DNA of 64,000 nt from Mytilus trossulus (taxonomy: Eukaryota). The stretch is taken from positions 33,666,001 to 33,730,000 of the forward strand of contig NC_086378.1 of the NCBI RefSeq assembly GCF_036588685.1, in the 5' to 3' direction. Positions within the stretch are counted from its first letter, which is position 1. Every line of letters begins with the position of its first letter. Shown here piece after piece: positions 53,148-64,000 of this stretch. The notes under the pieces were generated by a model. It made no database searches and was not told the DNA's origin. It worked only from the letters and a program-made list of their open reading frames with translations. A program made the translations under genes and the position numbers.

Positions 53148-54864
53148 GAAGTGTGATTTTTTCACCAAAACATAACGGCCCTTTTCAGGGCCACCAATAT
53201 TTTTCAAAAAGAATCTATAAATTGTTGTACATGAAAATTAGAAACATAGCCGAACCCCTCTTTTCCCCATCTCTCTCTCTCTCTTTTATTTCTTCTTGTT
53301 GAATCCATCTATATGCAAAGCAATACATAGACAAAAAATAAATTTTATGATATATATATACACACAAGTCTCATCACAAAAAAAAGGGGGGTGTTTGTTT
53401 ATCATGGTACATGTATGTCCTTGTGTGTAGAATATTAAATAGTACATTATATAAAAAAAGATCAACATATAAATGTTTCTATCTGTACTTCTGTTCTTTT
53501 CTTTTCTTCGCTTGTTTTGTCTTGTCTTCTTTTGATGTATTATTTACACCAGTAGTCTAGACCAAAGAAAGAGAACCACCAACTGGCCAAAATATAACCT
53601 TTTTTTTTAAGTTAGAGTTTAAATATCTTGTATAATTCATTAATTTGAATATTTCTTTTAGAAAAGCTGATATTACAGGGTACTTTTATCAAAAATTTAG
53701 AGCTCTTTTTCAGTCAGAATTGTAAAGAATTTTTTTATCATGTATGTAGTAATATATTTTGTCCACTTTAGAGTCTTGTCTTGCTGCTAGTTAACAAAAT
53801 CATGAAATTTCTATTTAAATTAATATAATTTCGGTACGGGTCCAAGTAGTCCCCACAAAATTTCAATGTAGGAAGTCCATGTAAGCATATATCTTGCACT
53901 TATAAGCTTTTTTATATGATAAAAAGTGGTTTTCAGACTTATTATAAACTTTTCTGGCTAAAAGAAGTCTTCAGAATAGTAAGTACATGTGTGCGCATTA
54001 ACATTTTTATTGGATTGGCTGATGAAATTGTCATCGTCATACTGTGGATAAATATAGAATGGCGTTTAAAAATAAAATTGAAAGGAAGATGCACACATAA
54101 GAAGTTTTACCCGCAGTCAGGGGCATCTCTTTTCTTCACTGTAATACCTAGAAAAAAAAATCTTTAATAGTAATAACAGTAACAGTTTTATTCATACATT
54201 CTCCCATTTATGATCTGAAGTACCTGCAGCAGATCGTTGATGGATGGCAAGCACAGCTTTGACAGATGATGTTGAGTTATGAAAGACAGGTAGAAAACTG
54301 CAAGCATGTAAAATCCTGTGATGTATCCAATTTCTGGATACATCAAATAGACAAATAGATAACCAGTATTCCTAGATATGTCTGTGAGGTTTATTTTTTC
54401 CCCAACTAAATTCCATTCCATTAAGTTGAAATGTGTATTGTCATTGAATGAAAATGTCTGTTCAGAGAAAGCAAATAATTATCTTTATAATTTTGACTGT
54501 CTAAAGTGATTTTCATTTATCATTTATTTATCATACTATTCTATCTTAAAATGAAAACTTTTCAACATTTTGGAACTTTTTTTGTCTCCTTCAGTCATTT
54601 TTATTCCGATTGAAATAATAGTTTTTTCTTAAAAATTTACTGTCTGATATGAATTATTATATTTTTCAGACCTAGAATGAAAAAGTGGATTGAAAGTGTA
54701 CACAGTTTAAGGCAGTACAGAGTTACCTCCCGGAATAAAACAACGTAAGCCAATCAGACAACAGTTAACTGAAAATGTGTGATACTTCTTTTACGGCCGC
54801 GTTGGTGATATATAAAGAGTCGCTGTTAGACGGAAAGTATTATTTAACTAATCACCACAAATAG

Positions 54865-55182
<318 letters not shown>

Positions 55183-56035
55183 ACAGCCACCCAGCTAATA
55201 TCAACAACGGCCCTTTTCAGGGCCACCAACATTTTTCAAAAAGAATCTTAGATTTGTTGTACATCGTTTTAAACAAAATCTTGAAATCAAAGCTTGCTCC
55301 CACTTCTATTCTTTTCTCTAATGTTCATGAATTTTTCAACCGTTTTTCTTGTTTTCCCTGATCCTGATCCGCAACTATTTTCTCTCTCTCGTTATACCCC
55401 CCCCCCCCCCCCTTTTTTTTTTTAAATATCTGGCTTTCTTTTTAATTAACTTCCTTACTCTTACTCTTGTATTTATTTGAGAATTTATATTTCTGAAGGT
55501 TTATGAATACGTTCAAAGATCAAGTCCGTGCATTTGCCTACATGAAGAGAGAAAATTTCAAAACAAAATGCACGGACTTTTACACACAAAATCTGTAGAT
55601 TCTGTTATATTCAATTATAGAGGTTTTTTTTGCGTGGTTTAAGATTAGGTAATGTTCTTGTTTCCGTGTAAAATAATTCTCGCAATATTTTTTTTCTCTC
55701 GAAAAGCAAAAGAAATCGTAAATTTATCAACTCTATTAATTGGAATGAAAGCACTGTTTTGTTCTTCATGATTTATGTATTTACGCTTTGTAGTTTTGAC
55801 AGACAAATTAAATGCTACAGAATGAGTGAAATACACGTATATTTGTTATACAGATAGAAAGAAGAGAAAAGTAACCATATACTATTGAAATAGTTTGAAA
55901 GTGGTTATAGCTGGGGTTGGGATTTATAGCTTTGTTTAGAAGTTTGACATTGATGTACAACAAATGTAAATTCTTTTTGAAAAATGTTGGTGGCCCTGAA
56001 AAGGGCCGTTTGTGAAGTTATAAACTTCAGACTGT

Positions 56036-56410
56036 TTACTTGCTGCTGGTGTATTTAGTGACGGCTTTGGTACCTTCACTGACAGCGTGCTTGGCCAATT
56101 CTCCGGGTAAGAGAAGACGGACAGCGGTCTGGATCTCCCGGGATGTGATGGTAGATCTTTTGTTGTAGTGTGCCAATCGGGAAGCCTCTGCTGCGATTCT
56201 CTCGAAGATATCGTTGACGAAGCTGTTCATGATGGACATTGCCTTTGAGGACACTCCGGTGTCGGGGTGAACTTGTCTCAAGACTTTGTAGATGTAGATA
56301 GCATAGGATTCACGTCTCTTCCTCCTCCTTTTCTTATCACCGCCGGGTCTGGCAGTCTTTGCCTTGGTGACGGCCTTCTTGGCTCCTTTAGTTCCTACTT
56401 TGGGTGGCAT
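56036..56410 (-). CDS. H2B: Histone H2B
   Basis: Identical H2B ORF. Confidence 0.98.
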   Translation of the reverse strand: MPPKVGTKGAKKAVTKAKTARPGGDKKRRRKRRESYAIYIYKVLRQVHPDTGVSSKAMSIMNSFVNDIFERIAAEASRLAHYNKRSTITSREIQTAVRLLLPGELAKHAVSEGTKAVTKYTSSK

Positions 56411-56680
56411 GTTACTGGTTTGATAATCAAATAAGTAATGGTGAAAAATTATTTTCAATTTGTTTATATACTGGGCAAAACGGATTGAAAGATTTTATTA
56501 AACGCGAACCTCGGAGAGAGCACCCATAACATGTTGAATGTTCGGTAGCCTAACTGCTCGCAGAGAGCTTCGTTCTGATTGGTGTATAATAAAAACATCG
56601 TTCAATCCGTTTAGTGGGTATATAAGCTAAATTTTGAAGAAAAATTGTATCACTTTACTCAGTGTCGATCAACCAAATAG

Positions 56681-57064
<384 letters not shown>

Positions 57065-58245
57065 AAAGTGGATATATCGGATTACTCACTTAACAACGGC
57101 CCTTTTCAGGGCCACCAATATTTTTCAAAAAGAGTCTAAAATTGTTGTACATCTTAGTAATACTTTATTCCCCATACATAATTGAAAAAAATATATTCTA
57201 CTACATAACAAATAAAAAATGTCTAAAATATAAATGTCCCTTCTTCCGTGATTCTTCTTTTCTTCTCTCTCTAACGCATCCCATTTAAGTACAGTTCTTA
57301 TAGCATAACACTAAGTCTAGTAACTTTTTCAGTCTTCTTCATCAGAACATTTATTGTCGTACTTTCTGACTCTTTGAACCCACAAGTAGCTCAGTTAAAT
57401 CATATAATGTTTGTCGGGGGGAAAAAAAACCACTGATAGTATTTATATTTAATACTAGTCTGCTCTCTTCTTTCTCTCTCTTGGTTATTGATGCGAGCAT
57501 GCTTAGATTCATCTGAGAAGGTGTGTGGTTTTTTTTTATTATTATAATTATTTATAGTTTTTGTTAACATTATCTCTTTCGTCAACACTTTTATATATGA
57601 TATGTACTTTCCATTCTTTTCCTTTTTCCATTTTTTTCAGCATCTCTCTCTCTGTCTTTCTGTCTTTATTTAGTTATTGTTTGTGTATTAAAGATGTGGA
57701 ATTGATGTAAGCACACCGACAATCAGACAATGTGACAAATGTGCCCAGCCCAAATGAAAATCATACCACATCTTCTTTTTTTATATTAAATATACATAAA
57801 TATGACATAATACAACAATAAAGAAACTCAGCCGATCCGCACAATGTCATGTCGGGAATGTGTAATTCCATTTGTTTCTGTTTTTTTATTTTTATTTCGC
57901 TTTGTTTGTGTTATAACTGCATTTTATTTTTATTTTTTCCTGTTTTTATTTTTCGTTCCTTTCCTTAATGTTTCTGCATGTATTTTGACCTTTTTTCATT
58001 ATTATTATTTTTCTTCTTCAGATTTATCATATTGAAACCGTGACACTAATTTACTATTGTTGAGCTATGAGGGATGATCAGAAACTGTAATTATGAATGA
58101 AAAAAGGGGGCATTTTTACTGTCAGCTTGGGTTGAGCAGTTTTTCAGTAAAAAATGGATTGAAAACTGTCAAAGTCCCTTACAAATCAGTCCAATCAGAT
58201 TTAAGATATGCGGACCAATCAACGCCAGCTTTATGTAAGTGGTGA

Positions 58246-58761
<516 letters not shown>

Positions 58762-60266
58762 GAAGTGTGATTTTTTCACCAAAACATAACGGCCCTTTTC
58801 AGGGCCACCAATATTTTTCAAAAAGAATCTATAAATTGTTGTACATGAAAATTAGAAACATAGCCGAACCCCTCTTTTCCCCATCTCTCTCTCTCTCTTT
58901 TATTTCTTCTTGTTGAATCCATCTATATGCAAAGCAATACATAGACAAAAAATAAATTTTATGATATATATATACACACAAGTCTCATCACAAAAAAAAG
59001 GGGGGTGTTTGTTTATCATGGTACATGTATGTCCTTGTGTGTAGAATATTAAATAGTACATTATATAAAAAAAGATCAACATATAAATGTTTCTATCTGT
59101 ACTTCTGTTCTTTTCTTTTCTTCGCTTGTTTTGTCTTGTCTTCTTTTGATGTATTATTTACACCAGTAGTCTAGACCAAAGAAAGAGAACCACCAACTGG
59201 CCAAAATATAACCTTTTTTTTTAAGTTAGAGTTTAAATATCTTGTATAATTCATTAATTTGAATATTTCTTTTAGAAAAGCTGATATTACAGGGTACTTT
59301 TATCAAAAATTTAGAGCTCTTTTTCAGTCAGAATTGTAAAGAATTTTTTTATCATGTATGTAGTAATATATTTTGTCCACTTTAGAGTCTTGTCTTGCTG
59401 CTAGTTAACAAAATCATGAAATTTCTATTTAAATTAATATAATTTCGGTACGGGTCCAAGTAGTCCCCACAAAATTTCAATGTAGGAAGTCCATGTAAGC
59501 ATATATCTTGCACTTATAAGCTTTTTTATATGATAAAAAGTGGTTTTCAGACTTATTATAAACTTTTCTGGCTAAAAGAAGTCTTCAGAATAGTAAGTAC
59601 ATGTGTGCGCATTAACATTTTTATTGGATTGGCTGATGAAATTGTCATCGTCATACTGTGGATAAATATAGAATGGCGTTTAAAAATAAAATTGAAAGGA
59701 AGATGCACACATAAGAAGTTTTACCCGCAGTCAGGGGCATCTCTTTTCTTCACTGTAATACCTAGAAAAAAAAATCTTTAATAGTAATAACAGTAACAGT
59801 TTTATTCATACATTCTCCCATTTATGATCTGAAGTACCTGCAGCAGATCGTTGATGGATGGCAAGCACAGCTTTGACAGATGATGTTGAGTTATGAAAGA
59901 CAGGTAGAAAACTGCAAGCATGTAAAATCCTGTGATGTATCCAATTTCTGGATACATCAAATAGACAAATAGATAACCAGTATTCCTAGATATGTCTGTG
60001 AGGTTTATTTTTTCCCCAACTAAATTCCATTCCATTAAGTTGAAATGTGTATTGTCATTGAATGAAAATGTCTGTTCAGAGAAAGCAAATAATTATCTTT
60101 ATAATTTTGACTGTCTAAAGTGATTTTCATTTATCATTTATTTATCATACTATTCTATCTTAAAATGAAAACTTTTCAACATTTTGGAACTTTTTTTGTC
60201 TCCTTCAGTCATTTTTATTCCGATTGAAATAATAGTTTTTTCTTAAAAATTTACTGTCTGATATGA

Positions 60267-60366
60267 NNNNNNNNNNNNNNNNNNNNNNNNNNNNNNNNNN
60301 NNNNNNNNNNNNNNNNNNNNNNNNNNNNNNNNNNNNNNNNNNNNNNNNNNNNNNNNNNNNNNNNNN
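60267..60366. other. Assembly gap (100 N) with orientation switch
   Basis: Run of 100 N; the array returns to its original orientation afterwards. Confidence 0.98.
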
Positions 60367-60561
60367 TTTATTTTTTGTCTATGTATTGCTTTGCATATAG
60401 ATGGATTCAACAAGAAGAAATAAAAGAGAGAGAGAGAGATGGGGAAAAGAGGGGTTCGGCTATGTTTCTAATTTTCATGTACAACAATTTATAGATTCTT
60501 TTTGAAAAATATTGGTGGCCCTGAAAAGGGCCGTTATGTTTTGGTGAAAAAATCACACTTC

Positions 60562-61077
<516 letters not shown>

Positions 61078-62258
61078 TCACCACTTACATAAAGCTGGCG
61101 TTGATTGGTCCGCATATCTTAAATCTGATTGGACTGATTTGTAAGGGACTTTGACAGTTTTCAATCCATTTTTTACTGAAAAACTGCTCAACCCAAGCTG
61201 ACAGTAAAAATGCCCCCTTTTTTCATTCATAATTACAGTTTCTGATCATCCCTCATAGCTCAACAATAGTAAATTAGTGTCACGGTTTCAATATGATAAA
61301 TCTGAAGAAGAAAAATAATAATAATGAAAAAAGGTCAAAATACATGCAGAAACATTAAGGAAAGGAACGAAAAATAAAAACAGGAAAAAATAAAAATAAA
61401 ATGCAGTTATAACACAAACAAAGCGAAATAAAAATAAAAAAACAGAAACAAATGGAATTACACATTCCCGACATGACATTGTGCGGATCGGCTGAGTTTC
61501 TTTATTGTTGTATTATGTCATATTTATGTATATTTAATATAAAAAAAGAAGATGTGGTATGATTTTCATTTGGGCTGGGCACATTTGTCACATTGTCTGA
61601 TTGTCGGTGTGCTTACATCAATTCCACATCTTTAATACACAAACAATAACTAAATAAAGACAGAAAGACAGAGAGAGAGATGCTGAAAAAAATGGAAAAA
61701 GGAAAAGAATGGAAAGTACATATCATATATAAAAGTGTTGACGAAAGAGATAATGTTAACAAAAACTATAAATAATTATAATAATAAAAAAAAACCACAC
61801 ACCTTCTCAGATGAATCTAAGCATGCTCGCATCAATAACCAAGAGAGAGAAAGAAGAGAGCAGACTAGTATTAAATATAAATACTATCAGTGGTTTTTTT
61901 TCCCCCCGACAAACATTATATGATTTAACTGAGCTACTTGTGGGTTCAAAGAGTCAGAAAGTACGACAATAAATGTTCTGATGAAGAAGACTGAAAAAGT
62001 TACTAGACTTAGTGTTATGCTATAAGAACTGTACTTAAATGGGATGCGTTAGAGAGAGAAGAAAAGAAGAATCACGGAAGAAGGGACATTTATATTTTAG
62101 ACATTTTTTATTTGTTATGTAGTAGAATATATTTTTTTCAATTATGTATGGGGAATAAAGTATTACTAAGATGTACAACAATTTTAGACTCTTTTTGAAA
62201 AATATTGGTGGCCCTGAAAAGGGCCGTTGTTAAGTGAGTAATCCGATATATCCACTTT

Positions 62259-62642
<384 letters not shown>

Positions 62643-62912
62643 CTATTTGGTTGATCGACACTGAGTAAAGTGATACAATTTTTCTTCAAAATTTAGCTTA
62701 TATACCCACTAAACGGATTGAACGATGTTTTTATTATACACCAATCAGAACGAAGCTCTCTGCGAGCAGTTAGGCTACCGAACATTCAACATGTTATGGG
62801 TGCTCTCTCCGAGGTTCGCGTTTAATAAAATCTTTCAATCCGTTTTGCCCAGTATATAAACAAATTGAAAATAATTTTTCACCATTACTTATTTGATTAT
62901 CAAACCAGTAAC

Positions 62913-63287
62913 ATGCCACCCAAAGTAGGAACTAAAGGAGCCAAGAAGGCCGTCACCAAGGCAAAGACTGCCAGACCCGGCGGTGATAAGAAAAGGAGGA
63001 GGAAGAGACGTGAATCCTATGCTATCTACATCTACAAAGTCTTGAGACAAGTTCACCCCGACACCGGAGTGTCCTCAAAGGCAATGTCCATCATGAACAG
63101 CTTCGTCAACGATATCTTCGAGAGAATCGCAGCAGAGGCTTCCCGATTGGCACACTACAACAAAAGATCTACCATCACATCCCGGGAGATCCAGACCGCT
63201 GTCCGTCTTCTCTTACCCGGAGAATTGGCCAAGCACGCTGTCAGTGAAGGTACCAAAGCCGTCACTAAATACACCAGCAGCAAGTAA
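62913..63287 (+). CDS. H2B: Histone H2B
   Basis: Identical H2B ORF. Confidence 0.98.
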   Translation: MPPKVGTKGAKKAVTKAKTARPGGDKKRRRKRRESYAIYIYKVLRQVHPDTGVSSKAMSIMNSFVNDIFERIAAEASRLAHYNKRSTITSREIQTAVRLLLPGELAKHAVSEGTKAVTKYTSSK

Positions 63288-64000
63288 ACAGTCTGAAGTT
63301 TATAACTTCACAAACGGCCCTTTTCAGGGCCACCAACATTTTTCAAAAAGAATTTACATTTGTTGTACATCAATGTCAAACTTCTAAACAAAGCTATAAA
63401 TCCCAACCCCAGCTATAACCACTTTCAAACTATTTCAATAGTATATGGTTACTTTTCTCTTCTTTCTATCTGTATAACAAATATACGTGTATTTCACTCA
63501 TTCTGTAGCATTTAATTTGTCTGTCAAAACTACAAAGCGTAAATACATAAATCATGAAGAACAAAACAGTGCTTTCATTCCAATTAATAGAGTTGATAAA
63601 TTTACGATTTCTTTTGCTTTTCGAGAGAAAAAAAATATTGCGAGAATTATTTTACACGGAAACAAGAACATTACCTAATCTTAAACCACGCAAAAAAAAC
63701 CTCTATAATTGAATATAACAGAATCTACAGATTTTGTGTGTAAAAGTCCGTGCATTTTGTTTTGAAATTTTCTCTCTTCATGTAGGCAAATGCACGGACT
63801 TGATCTTTGAACGTATTCATAAACCTTCAGAAATATAAATTCTCAAATAAATACAAGAGTAAGAGTAAGGAAGTTAATTAAAAAGAAAGCCAGATATTTA
63901 AAAAAAAAAAGGGGGGGGGGGGGGGGTATAACGAGAGAGAGAAAATAGTTGCGGATCAGGATCAGGGAAAACAAGAAAAACGGTTGAAAAATTCATGAAC

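Overview
The whole window is a tandem array of a ~5.61-kb replication-dependent core-histone gene quartet from an animal. In sense orientation the order is H4> <H2B H2A> H3>; no H1 and no recognisable 5S rRNA is present. The H2B N-terminal tail ([34 protein letters not shown]) looks like bivalve/Mytilus H2B, which is recalled rather than searched. About 11.5 near-identical units are present: 12 H3, 11 H2A (one frameshifted, plus one presumed lost in a gap), 12 H2B (one truncated by a gap) and 10 H4 (one frameshifted). Three 100-N scaffold gaps (3292-3391, 37453-37552, 60267-60366) split the array, and orientation flips at the second and third. All genes are intronless and end in the same 16-nt stem-loop. 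I found no novel protein-coding system. The most interesting signals are non-coding: (1) a ~58-nt 3' block shared by all four genes that extends past the U7-binding element to an invariant TTGTTGTACAT; (2) a TTCAATCC promoter element in all four promoters, arranged as an inverted pair around the CCAAT boxes in the H2A/H2B and H3 promoters; (3) a TATA-less H3 promoter; (4) one copy with a deletion that removes exactly the loop of an inverted repeat just upstream of the H4 ATG; (5) spacer hairpins and an A11-G14-18 tract; (6) a speculative spliced, exon-like segment in the H4-H3 spacer.
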